Assembly: GCA_025558095.1 (NCBI GenBank)
Contig: JAIVFI010000011.1
Location: 186,001 to 250,000 of the forward strand
Origin: Hyaloraphidium curvatum SAG 235-1
Lineage: Eukaryota; Fungi; Monoblepharomycota
Direction: 5' to 3'
DNA: 64,000 nucleotides
Notes under the pieces: generated by a model
Told to the model about the DNA's origin: nothing
Database searches by the model: none
What the model saw: only the letters and a program-made list of their open reading frames with translations
Shown: in pieces, positions 1 through 14,640 of the stretch
How positions within the stretch are numbered: position 1 is the first letter of the stretch
Layout of the letters: the number at the start of each line of letters is the position of its first letter
Position numbers and translations under genes: made by a program

Positions 1-2563
<2,563 letters not shown>

Positions 2564-2617
2564 TAGGACACTGTTTCATAGACACAACTCGCACATGCTT
2601 TCTTTCCTCCCTCGTCT

Positions 2618-3455
2618 CTAGATGATGCCGCCGTAGCCCTTTCAGTCCGCAAGCAGTGTCCGTTGCCGCCGACGCTCGAGCTCGTGGCCCGTCCGGCTCC
2701 GAAAGGTCCGATCACTGAGCAAGGGCGTCCGCGACCGCGAATGGCACCTTGTACGTCACGAGGAGGAAGCAGAACACGGAGAAGGCGAGCATGACCTGGA
2801 CCCGCGTGCACATGTCGCCGAACACGGGTAGCAGCGACCCCGAGTCGCAGTAGGTCGGCAGCACCGCGCCCAGCGCGCCCATCGTCGCGACCCAGAAGAT
2901 CCAGTAGATCGCCAGCCACGCGACCCAGGCCCACACGTGCTTGCCCTTGAAGGCGCGGGACATGAGGTTGTTGACCGAGTCCTGGAGCTGCTCGGGCCTC
3001 AGGAGGAAGACTGCGCGGGGATCAGCGGGATCGGGGGGCGGCCGGGTGCGCGGGCGACCCACAGAAGATCATGATCAGGGCCATGATCATCGTCGTCACG
3101 CCGGTGTAGATCGCTGTGGTGGAGGAGGGCGGCAGTCAGGCTCGTCCCGCCGGGCACGATTGCCGGGCCCACCGAAGTTGACCTGGGAAGGTCTGAACGG
3201 AGCGAGCACCCCCGCCGGCCACTGCGCGATCGAGAACGCGGCCAGCAGGATCCAGTAGATCGCCCAGGCGCGCTGCGAGGTGAGCTTGGCGAGGATCGGG
3301 GTCCTGTACACGCGGCCGTTGGTCGCAGAACGCTCCTTCACGGGGTCGTAGCCGACGGCCTCGAGGGCCGAGGCGGGGGCGGTGTCTGCGGGGGGGTGAG
3401 GTGCGGCCGCGCAGGCAGCGCCGGTGGCGGCACCTTTGGGGTCGACGGAGGCCAT
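2618..3455 (-). CDS. Small multi-pass membrane protein (MARVEL-like), intron-containing
   Basis: ORFs 3096-3455 and 2712-3062 carry hydrophobic helices (WAIYWILLAAFSIAQW; WAWVAWLAIYWIFWVATMGALG; VQVMLAFSVFCFLLV) and a C-x-C luminal loop. The 3' end is uncertain (2712 or 2618). Confidence 0.55.
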
Positions 3456-3980
3456 CGTGCGGGGGACGTGTGCGGAGTGTCGGGTCGTCGGGAGACGATG
3501 GGCGCAGCTGCAGATCGGGCATCAGCCGTCCGCACGGCCCGGGCGCAACGCCAGCCCAGCAGGGAGTCCGGCGCAGCGACGATCGGGCGGGTTAGTTCCG
3601 GAAAGCGGCAATTGACTGGGCCTGCGCTACATAGATGCAATTCCTGCGAGCCACTGGGTGTTGGGTATCGAAGTCCCCGAGCCAATGCCGCGCGACGATC
3701 ACGGCCCTGACTCGCCGCCCGTGCGCGACACAGCAGGGTGTTGCTCGACGCCATGGCTCTCCGGCGCGATGACAGCGGCATGCCGCGTTGCAGAAACCCG
3801 CGTGCGGCGGGGGTTCCGCGAAGGAACGGAGCCGTCGAGGGGCGCTCTTCGTTGCGCCGATGGGACATGTGACCGGCTGCATCCGCGTGAAGCGAGAGGC
3901 GGCCCGGGGAGCCGGAATCGAAGCCCCCGAGCCGTCCACCCCGAATGCCGGTGTCCGAAGTCTCGTCCGCCGGGAACGGA

Positions 3981-4872
3981 TCACGGGTAAGGCGACACCC
4001 CCAACGCCCCCACCCTCTCCTCCCCCCTCTTCCTCCTCACCAGGCACACCGGCCCGTCCCACCCCGTCATCACGCCCTTACCCACGCCGCCGTGGACGAG
4101 GGTGTCGACGATCCCCGAGGTGTGCCCGCGCGAGGCGAGGACCACGAGGGAGGGCCGGGTGTCGCCGAAGAAGGAGAGGAGGGTGTGCAGGGTGGAGGTG
4201 CCGTGGGGCAGGACGGCGATAGAGATCGGGATCTGTAGGGAGACAAGATCGACAACCTGTCAACCCGCAGCTCGGGATGACGGCGTCCTTCCGTGGCCCC
4301 ACCTTGAACGGCGCGTCCACCTCCCTGACCACCTTGGCCACCCGCTCCTCCAGCGCCGCCCCCACCCTCTCCTCGTCCGGCGTCGGCACCCCGTACAGCC
4401 ACGAGTCCGCCGGCGGCTCCTTCGGGAACAGCTCCGCCATCTCCTCGACCTTTGTCTCCCCCACGCGTTCCCTGCTCCTGCTCCGATCCCGCCGCCGGAA
4501 CAGGCCCAGCGAAGGAATCTTGCCCCCCGCGCGGCGGAGCACGGCGTCCGAGAGCGCGCAGACGGCGAGCAGGTCGATGGCCTCGCCGTCCTTTGGGAGG
4601 TACAGCCGCTCCAGCGCGAACCGCAGGGCGTCGTCCCCGTCGGCTGTGAGATCGTGGCAGATGGTCACGCGCGTCCGTGCGGGGTCGCGCGGCGCGTGGC
4701 CGGCGGGGAACGCGAGGAACGGGTCCGGCAGCTCGGCGGGCGGCGAGAAGGGCGGGTCGGGGAAGAAGGGCGGCGCGTCTTCGGGCGGCACCGGCGACGG
4801 GAGGGGCACCTCGAACGACTCGACCGTGAACGGCTCGCCGTCGTCGGCCGCATCAGAGGCGGCACCCTCCAT
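3981..4872 (-). CDS. Universal stress protein (USP)-like domain protein, 2 exons
   Basis: RVTICHDLTADGDDALRFAL (USP beta1/alpha1). After an intron near 4233-4301: LVVLASRGHTSGIVDTLVHGGVGKGVM...PVCLVR, the USP C-terminal motif. TGA at 3981-3983. Confidence 0.7.
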
Positions 4873-5032
4873 CGGCACCTCCTCCTTCTTCGCTGCCGCA
4901 GCACGCAGGCGGCCGATCACCTCTCAGACGTTGTTGATCGACGCCCGCAGGATGGATGGGCCAGATTCCGCACCAGCGGCAAAGGCCGGCAAAAGAAAGC
5001 GCGAGACGGGAATCCCCGCCGAGCACGCGAAG

Positions 5033-5815
5033 ATGACCACCGCCCTGCGCACCGCCTTTGTCCGCGCCGGCGGGCACCGGTTGGAGTACCTGCGCATCCC
5101 GGGACGCCCAGGCAGGCCGGAACTGGTCTTCCTGCACGAAGGGCTCGGCTCCGTCTCGCTGCTCCGCGACTTTCCCGCCCGCGTGTGCGCGGCGACGGGG
5201 TCCCCGGGCTTGGTCTACTCGCGGTACGGGTACGGCCGCTCCGACGTGCTCCGGGAGGCGAGGAAGCCCGACTATCTGCACAAGGAGGCGCTCGAGACGC
5301 TGCCGGAGCTCCTCGGCCTCCTCGGAATCGAGCGTCCCGTCCTCGTGGGGCACTCGGACGGCGCTTCGATCGCCCTGATCCACGCGGCCCATTACCGCGA
5401 CACCCGCGGGGTCATTGCCATGGCGCCACACAGTTTCGTCGAGGATGTCACGATCAAGGGCATCCTCGGCGCCAAGAAGGCCTTCGAGACGACGGATTTG
5501 AAGGAGAAGCTGGGGAAGCACCACTCGGACCCCGAAAAGACCTTCAGGGGGTGGAACGACGTCTGGCTCTCCCCCGAGTTCCGCTCGTGGAACATCGAGG
5601 GCCTGCTACCGCGGATCCGGTGCCCCGTGCTCGGCATACAGGGGCACCAGGACGAGTATGCGACGATGAGGCAGCTGGAGGTGCTGGGTGAGAAGATCGC
5701 GGGGAAGGTGGAGCTGCTCGGGCTGGAGAACTGCAGGCACACGCCGCAGAGGGACCAGGAGGAGAGGGTGGTGGGGGCCGTGGCCGGGTTTGTGGATGCG
5801 ATCGCGGACGACTGA
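5033..5815 (+). CDS. Alpha/beta hydrolase (Abhydrolase_1/6), intronless, bacterial-like
   Basis: LVFLHEGLGSVS, YSRYGYGRSD, nucleophile elbow GHSDG, IQGHQDEY (acid) and CRHTPQ (His). Confidence 0.9.
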   Translation: MTTALRTAFVRAGGHRLEYLRIPGRPGRPELVFLHEGLGSVSLLRDFPARVCAATGSPGLVYSRYGYGRSDVLREARKPDYLHKEALETLPELLGLLGIERPVLVGHSDGASIALIHAAHYRDTRGVIAMAPHSFVEDVTIKGILGAKKAFETTDLKEKLGKHHSDPEKTFRGWNDVWLSPEFRSWNIEGLLPRIRCPVLGIQGHQDEYATMRQLEVLGEKIAGKVELLGLENCRHTPQRDQEERVVGAVAGFVDAIADD

Positions 5816-6287
5816 GGTCGGCCGGCCGGGGTGCCACGGTGCGGATCGTATAGGCTACAACAAAGAGGCCGCTCCGCGGCTTCAGGACGGAATCCTGACC
5901 ACCAGACATAAACTAGAGTATACCCATCATATAGAGCTTTTTTTGGCCTGGTTGTTTGCTTTCCCTCTGTCACAGGCCTGTTTTGAGGTGCTGTGGATTG
6001 CGCCTCGTCTCCAGCCGCAGCCCATCAGGAGGCGGGCCACACCCAAGATTCGGGGAAACCCGAGGTAAGCAACCGCTGGAATTGATACAACGAGGCCCCT
6101 GCCGCGATTTCCGCGCCTTCTCGGCGGCGATCGACGGCATCGACCGGGTTTCCGTATTTGTGTTTAGGCCCTGGCGGGGGCGAGGGCTTCGCTCGACCAT
6201 TTCCGGGCAGCACTGCACACAACAACCCAACCCCATGAACATCGTGCGATAGCGGCCTCCGCAGCGCCGCGCGGCAGCTTATTTATC

Positions 6288-9200
6288 ATGGCGGACGAGC
6301 GGGACCGCCCGCCGACGCCCGGGTCGACCGGGTCGGCGGACGAGCCGCTGACGTTCCCGGCGCGGTGGCGGCCGCCGCGGCTCTCCACCGCCGCGCCGCC
6401 GCGGCCGGCGTCGCCGTTCGCGTACACGCAGTCGCCCGTGTCGTACACGCCGTTCTCGGGCGGGCCGGGCAGCGTGCCGGGCAGCTCGCTCAACTCGCCC
6501 GCCTCGCCGTTCTTCTCGGCCGGCTCGGGCGGCGGCTACCAGCTCGGCCGCTCGCACTCGGTCGAGGTGCTGACCTCGTCGGCGCCCCGCTCCCGCGTCT
6601 CCACGCTCCACCGGCTTGCCCGCCCCCCCACGCCGTCGCCGCAGAGCCCGCTGTTCGGCTCGCCGCTGCACTCGCCGCTGCCAGGCTCGGCCTCCAAGCC
6701 GCTGTACTCGCCGTACCACGACCCGCACTACTCAAAGTACGCAAAGCCGCCGCGCTCGCCCTTCCGCGCGCTGGCCGTCGTGTGCCTGGTGGTCATGCTG
6801 GTCGGCTCGGCCGTGCTGTGGTGGACCGTGGACGTGGAAAAGGCCGAGGAGACCGGGCGCATCCTCGAGGGCAAGAAGCCCAAGTACGTGCTCTACCGCA
6901 TCCTCGGCAACGACCTGCCCCCGCGGCACCGCGTCGGCCAGACCTACAGCAACCTGCAGTTCATCCTCAAGCACGAGCCCGACTTTTCCGACACGGAAAA
7001 GTGGTGGCTGCTCAACCGCATCGTGGACCCGCAGGTGGAGCGCGAGATCGTGGACCTGCTCACGCGGCACCGGCAAAAGTACGTCCGCGTGCCCTTCCGG
7101 GACGAGGAGTACGTGCGCCGCGACTTCCGGCTCGAGGACTTTCCCCTGCCGGACTACTTCCGCGCGCGCGAGTTCCTCGAGCACGGCCACGCCGCGCGGC
7201 TGCGCATCCTCGACTCGTCGTACCACGACAAGAACCAGTACGTCATGAACAACAACGGCGGCCGCAACCACGCCATCCTGCACGGCCGCCACGCCGTGCG
7301 CGCGCGGTGGATCCTGCCCTTTGACGGAAACGCCTTTTTGACCAAGCGCGCGTGGACGGAAATCACGCGCGCGCTGGAAAAGCACGGGGAGCGGTACAAG
7401 TACCTCGTCGTGCCCATGCACAGGCTGCTCAACAACACGAGGGCGCTGGACGAGAACTTCAGGCCGCTGGCGAGGGAGGAGCCGCAGATCGTGTTCAGGG
7501 AGGACGCGGAGGAGATGTACGACGTGCGCATGCGGTACGGGCGGCGTAGCAAGGTGGGTTGCTGAACAGGAGGTCTGCGTGCACAACGTTGACCTTTCGT
7601 CACCATGCTTCCCACAGCTCGAACTGCTCTGGCGCCTCGGCGTGCTGCCCGCGACGCCCTACCTCTCCAACTCCTCCACCTTCCCCTGGGAGCTCAACCC
7701 CGCCTGGCGCCTCTCCCCCAGCGCCGGCCGCTTCCTCCGCGCCGGCTTCGTCCTGCGCCTCTTCTCGGGCCGCCCCGAGCAGGAGGTCGCCACGCGCCGC
7801 GCGGCCAGCCGCCGCGCCTACAACCGCATGCTGGGCGTGCAGAGCGTCATCGACGGCATCGACGAGGGCATCGTCGGGCGGGTGCTCAACGCGCCTGAGG
7901 TCGAGGCGGCGGACGGGGAGGGGCCGAGGAGGAGCAAGGGGTGGTGGGTGTGGGAGGAGGAAGCGTTGAGGCATGCCAGGAAGGTGTGGGAGCGGCGCGG
8001 GGCCGCGGGTGTGAGGAAGGGGAGGGACGGCGGGGTGGAGAAGTGGGTCGGGAGGGTGCTGGATGCTGCCAAGGGGGAGATGGAGCAGAGCGCGGCGGCG
8101 GGCGTGACGCTGCGGGACTTCCTGGACTATGTGCGGCCCGGTGCGCGGCCGGGCAGGCAGCGCGCGACGGTGGCGCCGCCCGACGGGCAGGGCAAGCCTT
8201 CCTACGTGGACGTGTCGCTGGTGCAGCCGGCGGCGCTTCCGCGGGCGCTGCGGAAGGTGGCGGTGCTGGCGCTCGCGACCGAGCTGTCGGGCGACGAGGC
8301 GTACGCGACGGCCGCGGCCACCGAGGTGCGCCGGTGGATCCTGGGGCAGGGCATGTCGATCCCGCCCTCGGTCCTGACGACAGCACGCAAGGGCTTGGAG
8401 CAGCGCGCCCCGACGGCCAAGCAGCACCTGATGGGCATGTGCAGCGGCCTTCCGGCCTTTTTGGACGCGCTGCGGATCCTGGGCCGGGACGGCAGGTTTA
8501 CCGAGTCCGAGTGGGCCGAGGTGCGCGGGGTGCTCGCGACGCTGCTGCGCTTCCTGCTGGCGTCGGACATTTCCCGCGAGCTGGACCTCAAGAGCCGCGA
8601 GTGGGAGAGCGTGCGCGGGGATGCGGCCATCGCCTCGCTCGCCGGGTTCCTGGGGGACGTGCGGAGCTGGAACCGCATCATCACCGGCGCGCGCATGCGC
8701 GTGGGAGGGAGCCTGGGGGAGGACGAGGGGTGCGTCGACGCTGCGCCGCCGCCGGCGGGGTTGGCTGCCGACGCGGAGGGCGACGGCGCGGAAGGGTCCG
8801 AGGGGCCTTCATCCATTTCGCCGCCCGAAGGCGACGACGCCGATGCCAAGCCGACCGTCGCGCAGGCCCAGGTCGCCATCGTGGCGCCGCCGCCCAAGTC
8901 GGCCGACACCTTCCTGGACGCCGTCGAGGGCAAGGCGCACCTGCTGCAGTGGTGGATCGCCCTGGCCCGCGTCTTCGAGTCGGGATACGGGCGCTTCCGC
9001 ATGAACGAGCAGGACCGCGCTGGCTGGATCGACCCGACGCCGCCGTTGGGCAACCTGGCCCCGGCGCTGTGGACCCTCAGGACCAGCCACGCGACGTGCA
9101 AGAACGTGAGCATCGCGGGCGCCACCAAGGCGGGCCTTCGCGTGCTCGCGGCCGACGTGGAGCGGGTGTGGGGCCTGTGGGGCATGTCGCCGGACCAGGA

Positions 9201-9708
9201 GATCGGCGCCGAGGAGGACGCGGCGGTGCTGACGGACGAGTCGGACGACGGGCTCGACGCGGGCCACGGCGGAAGACCGGCCGCCGACGGCGCAAAGGGC
9301 GGCTTCGCCGCCCGATACGGCATCGAGGCCGCGCAGGTTGCGCGGCAGGCGAACGAAGCGCGGCGCGCGCGGCTGCGGCTCGTGCGCGCCCGGTTGCAGT
9401 TCGTGGCGCAGGTTGCCGCCCGCCTCGACGCCGCGCCCCCGCCGCGGCTCTCGGCGGGACCCGGGGCCGCGCCGGCCGGGGAGGAGCCCCAGCCGATGGT
9501 GCTGCCGGAGGACGACATGGACATCCACGATTTCGCGGCCACCAATCGGCTCCGGCTGAAGCTGCACGACGACGAACCCTCCGAGGATGGGTCCAAGTGG
9601 GAGGAGCTGTGGACGAAGACTCCGATCGTGGCCTTCAACCCGGATGGAGGCGCCGTCGGGTCGGTGATGGACCTGCCATTCGCCTGGTCGCTCGGTATAC
9701 GCGACTGA
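6288..9708 (+). CDS. Type II membrane protein: putative GT-A-like domain plus degenerate alginate-lyase-like (alpha/alpha) domain, 2 exons
   Basis: Pro/Ser-rich N-terminus, TM ALAVVCLVVMLVGSAVLWW, then LYRILGNDLPPRH, YVMNNNGGRN, WILPFDGN and EEPQIVFR. Intron 7554-7617. C-terminal LALATELSGDEAYATAAATEVRRW and FLDALRIL. Confidence 0.7.
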
Positions 9709-9745
9709 TTTAAGATGATTTCTAATGTCTTTATCTACGTATGGC

Positions 9746-12423
9746 CTAATTGCAACCTGTTGCTCCACAAGATGCCTTGCTCAGCGCCGCACTGCCCATG
9801 TCCGAGAAGGAGACCGATCCGGAACGCAAGAGTCCGAACATGGCCGCCAAGAGTGCGACCAAGATCGCACTCGCAACGATCGCCAGCGATCGGGGCGACG
9901 CATCCAGCGACGAAACCGTTGTCACGGCTGTGTGAAGACGGTCCACGGCGAGCTGCTGCAAGCGCCGCCAGTCGAGTTCCGGGTCCTCAGTCTGCGAAGA
10001 AGAATCCACCTTCCACGCTACACCAGGGTCTTCCTTGCCCTCTCGATCCTCTTCCTCCCTGAGCTCCGCCAGGAGCTTCACTTTGTGCAGCTCGATCAGC
10101 GCCTGCTCCAGTCGTTGATCGGCGGCGCGCTCCCGAGACCGTCCCTCGGCGGCCTCTCCGGCAAGGCGCTGGTTCTCCCGCTGGACCACCTCCATCTCAG
10201 AACGGAGCTGCTGAACTTCGATCTCCATGGCGTCGACGACCTTTTCGAGCTTGGCTGTGTGCAGCTTGGCCTTCTCAACTTCGCTCCGCTCCCTGCCGAT
10301 CTCGTCCTTGGACGAACGGACCTCGTGCTTCAGTTCTTCCGCGTCCTGCCTCTGCTTCGCTAGCTCGTCCCTGTGTCTCTTGTCCGCGTTTGCCACGGCC
10401 TCAACCCTGTCCTGTTCGGCCTTTCTGTGCTTGTCCTTTGCCTTGTCCAGTTCCTCGCGAAGATGCTTGAGCTCCTTCTCCGCGAGTTCGTGCTTCTTCC
10501 GCATCTCTTCCGAGGCCCTTGCAAGCTTCGTGCGCTCCTCATCCGCATGCTTCCTTGCTTCCTCGAGCTCCTTTGCCAGTTCGTGCGCACGTTGCACACC
10601 GTCCTTCCGCGTGCGTTCAATCTCCTTTTGCAAGTCGTGGACACGATCTTGGGCGTCCTTTCGGCTCTTGTCGGCTTCTCGCTGCACCTCCTGGATGCGG
10701 ATCTGCATGTCCTGGATACGTTCGTTGGCGTCCTGGCGGACAGCCTTGACCGACGATTCGTGATCTTTCTGGGCCGCGGCCAGGCGACGCTCTGCCTCCT
10801 CCTTGGCGGCTTTGGCTTGCGCGACCAGCCTTTCCTTCCCGTCGTGGAGCTCCCGTTCCAATGCAGCGACGCGCTCTTCGGCAAACGAGTTGACCGTATT
10901 CCGCAGGAGCTCAAAGCCCTTTGTCACGCGGTCCACGTCCTGCGACCGGACGGCCTCAGATCCGAGCCGGATCCTGTCAAGAGACTGCAGAATCTCCCTG
11001 TGCCGCCCTTCGTCCCTTCCATCGACGACCTCGGCACGCGATTCCGCAGCCCGTATCTTCTCATCCGCCTGGCGCTTGGCAATCCTAGCTGTTTTGACTG
11101 CCCGTGCAAAGAATTGCCCGACGCGATCGCGGAGAACGACGTTCGAATGAATGATCGAGTTCGAGAGGGCACACACAAGCGTCGTCCCGAAATCGCACTC
11201 GTCGTCCAAGCTCTCGAGGACCTCCTGGCGTCCCTCCATGATGGCCACGAGATTGGCGGTGTACGGTTGCGAATGCCCCTCTCCCGCAACTTCGTTCAGG
11301 GTAGGCCAGAAGAAGACCTGCTCTCCCGCTCCGTCCTTGACGAATGCGGCCACTTCCTGGCTGCGTCCGTCGCGGCACACCCGAAATACCGTCGCTGGGT
11401 CGCGGGACGACATTGCGTGTCCGTGTTCAAAGCTGCCGAGGCTGCTGGACGAGCTCGACAGACCAGCTCGGGCCAGGAAAGCGGTAAACGACGCCGACTC
11501 CTCCAGCGGCGGGGCGGAAGGCGGGTTGGAGATGGGCGTCGGCAGCCCGTGCGGGACATGTTCCCGGGAGACTTCAGCCGAACTGGATCTCCGCATGCTC
11601 TGCTTGAAGAGTACGATGTCATTAGGACGTGTGATGTCGGCAGATTCGGACCAGCTCACTTGGCGGTTGACTGGCGGATCTTTCGCTTCGATTGCTGCTC
11701 CGTTGGTAGCCGAGGTCGGCGTCGGGGGCTCCCAGTGCACGCTAGGCACCACGAGTCGACGAACGGTCACCCGGGGCACAAAGGACTGTGGTTCCGGGTC
11801 GTCCTTTCCGTCTTCGCGTTCCTCCGTGACTGGTTCGAAAGAGTCGCCCGTGGCCGAAGACTCCCCGCCGTCGGCGCTGTTTCCAACGGAGCTGAACCCG
11901 CTGTCCGACGTCGACTCCGTCTTTTTGATGATGAAGGTCGCGTTGCTACCCACGGAGGCCACCCTCGCCGAGGCCGAAACCGCGCTGGCCTCGGCGACGG
12001 CCGCCTCCAAAGCGTCGCTGGACCGCGAATGCTGGCGCGACAGGTTGGTCGTCGAAGAAGAGGCGAGCCAGAACTCATTGACTGGCTTCCTGGCAACCTC
12101 GGTGCCATGTGCCGGTGTTGCCCGGGGAGGATTGGTGGTCGAGGACTCGAGCGCAGTCTTGTGAGCCCCGGCCCCGGGCAGGGACGTCTGGGCCACAAGC
12201 TCCGATTCCGAGAGGCGTGCTCTTATACCCGTATGCCTCCACGCCAAGTCGTCTGTCCGGAAAGCGCGGTTGAATGGTTGAGTGCCGGGCAAACAACCGC
12301 CGCGTCCGACGCACCTCGGCGACCGGTCGGGTCCGCGCCTCCCCGGTTCGGCGGCCCAAAATCGAACGTTTCGTCCACATTGTTTCCCTTTCCGCGGCGT
12401 CGGAACGTCGAACTGCTCGCCAT
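9746..12423 (-). CDS. Long coiled-coil protein with C-terminal transmembrane anchor (golgin-like architecture), function unknown
   Basis: About 300 aa of E/K/R-rich heptad region followed by SLAIVASAILVALLAAMFGLL. The start is inferred at ATG 12423, spliced via a putative intron 12228-12188. Confidence 0.7.
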
Positions 12424-12571
12424 GGTGCGTCGTGACGCTCGGATTCGGGACACAGCTTGGCGGAGTTGCGGCGTCAAAATGGCCCGTCAACCGCACACAG
12501 GGAAGAGGATGTCTTCAAATCAAGATCAAAAGAAGGAGATTACAAATGTCAATCAAGACCAAAAAAGAATG

Positions 12572-13848
12572 CTACTGCATGCTACTCGAGTCGACGATGC
12601 TCTGCAGATCGTCCTTGAACTTCCTCACGTTCCTCCCGATCACCGTGACCGTGGACCTCCTCTCCTCCTCGCCTCCCCAGGGCCTTCCCACTTCGAACTC
12701 GAGCTTCCCGTCCCCGACCCCGTGTAGGACCACCTTCCTGTCGCCCGCCTGACGCGTGCGGAGGAAGCCCTTGACACGGAGAACCACGCCAGGATTGGCC
12801 GCGAAGAACGCCGCGAAGTTCGCCTGCAGCTTCTCCGTGTCCACGTAGCTTCCCTCCGGTGCCAAAATGGGAACGTGCGTGACCCCCGGATCGTGGGGTC
12901 GGGGATCAGCCGGTCCGCGCTCGCCGCCCCACGGCGTTGAAAGGATCTCGACGGTGCGGTCGAGCGAGGGTGCGCCGTCGCCGCGGGCGGAACGGAAGAC
13001 CCGATCCGAGGGGAAGCCGGGGCGGTGAGAGGCGATGTAGTCCGAGAGCACCTTCTCTGCCGGAGGCGAGGCGTCCGAGGGCAGGAGGTCGGTCTTGGAA
13101 AGCACGACGAGGTCCGAACCGAGGAGCTGGGCGAGCGGCTCGTTCTTGAAATCCCCAGCGTCGGATTCGCCCTTGTCAGCACCGGAGATGACCTCGCGGT
13201 ACACCTTGCCAGAGTCGACGACGCCAACGACGCCAAGGAGGTCAAAGTACGGGGAGATGGAAGGGTCCAGGGTCACCACGTCCGAGACCGGCGCTGGGTC
13301 CGCGAGGCCAGTCGTTTCGAGGATGACGAGATCGAGCGACGCCGTCGTGCCGGGGAGAGCCGAGAAAGTCCCCGTTCCCCCAAACGCCGCCAGATCCGAG
13401 AACGGATCAGGGACCGCTGCTTCCGAAAGGCCCTGACGTGCAGCGATCTCCGCGAGGACACGGCGCAGCTCGCCGGAGCTCGAGCTGCCACAGCGTTAGC
13501 CGGTCTTCCCTACGAAACCAGCTCAACTCACCAGCAGACGCACCCGAAGCCGAACTCGTAGAGATCATGAAGTTGCAAAAGAGACTGTACGCTTTCGTGG
13601 TCGTGCCCAGGGAGTAGTTCATTCTCGACGACGCCAAAAGCTGATGCAAATTCGTTCTCGATCAGGGCAACGCGTTTGACCTGGTGTCGTCCACCGTCCA
13701 TGAGCTGGACGAGCCAATTGTTGAGGAGCGTGGTCTTGCCGGCACCGAGGAAGCCGGTGAGGATGATGACCGGGATCCGGCGAGGTGCAGGGGGGGCATT
13801 GATGACCGGAATCGGGCGAGGTGCAGGGGGGGCAGTTTCGTCCGCCAT
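12572..13848 (-). CDS. COG0523/CobW G3E P-loop GTPase, zinc metallochaperone (Zng1-like)
   Basis: PVIILTGFLGAGKTTLL (Walker A), ALIENEF, GCVCC reconstituted across a GTGAGT intron near 13530, VILETTGLADP, SKTD, and CobW_C VLRVKGFL...LHGVG...VTVIGRN. Confidence 0.9.
13765..13834. repeat. 36-bp tandem duplication inside the CobW 5' coding region
   Basis: gatgaccgggatccggcgaggtgcagggggggcatt is followed by gatgaccggaatcgggcgaggtgcagggggggcag; encodes PPAPRPIPVINA/PPAPRRIPVII. Confidence 0.9.
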
Positions 13849-14640
13849 CGCGGCCGAGAGGGAAAGCAGGAAGCAAAATATGAAAACGAGGGAGTCTTTC
13901 GCGCGTCCGAGTGCTTTTGAGCGCTGCTGCTGCTGCTGCATCAATCGCGAAACATATCGCCAGCTGGCGCCGATTTGCCGGCAAGGGATTGGGGGACTCT
14001 CTTGCCCCGCCCGGTCGCTCGCGAAAATTGTCCCAAACCTCCGGCTTGAACGGGCTACAACGGAGAGAAGACGCCGAGAACGGTTGGCGTGGGTGATGAG
14101 GAGGGTTCCAGTCCCGCTACTTACCATTGGTTACGCGCAGAGGGGAGTCGGGCGAGCATGCACGAACGCGGAAAGCTGTGCTATTCTGGCCGCCGGTTTT
14201 CGTCTCCATTAGCCTCTCCATGCTGTCTTCTGTATCGATGGTAAGCTTCTTGAAGGCGGCCCGGACTGTTGTTGTTTTGACTTGTTCCTCGGGCCCAGCG
14301 GTACCCCGCGGCGCGCCATCAAGGATGGAAGGATGCTGTCTTGCAAGAGCATCATATAGGGGCTATTGCCGTTTTGGTGTCGGACATGGCTTTCCAGCAG
14401 CCGTGATGATCTCCAAGGACATCGGGACCTGTTGATGGCTTCCAAGGATCTGTGGTAGGTTCCAAGAGGTCCATCAGTAGAGTAGGCACTTAACGACTTT
14501 GCGACTTCGATCTATGCTATTTGCTTTTGTCCTCACGACGCGGCTGTGATTGAAACGCGGACTTTTTTGGCTGTTGTACCCGTCTTCGTGAACCTGGTCA
14601 GACAGTCTTGACACTTTACAGGGAAGTTCTACGGCGATCG

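Noticed and set aside
10373-12727. 784-aa plus-strand ORF (and similar long ORFs such as 4102-5691+, 7941-9713+, 8202-9638-, 14608-15501+, 39613-40953+)
   Set aside because: Antisense or alternative-frame shadows of real genes; stop codons are scarce at this GC content and the translations have no domain-like features.
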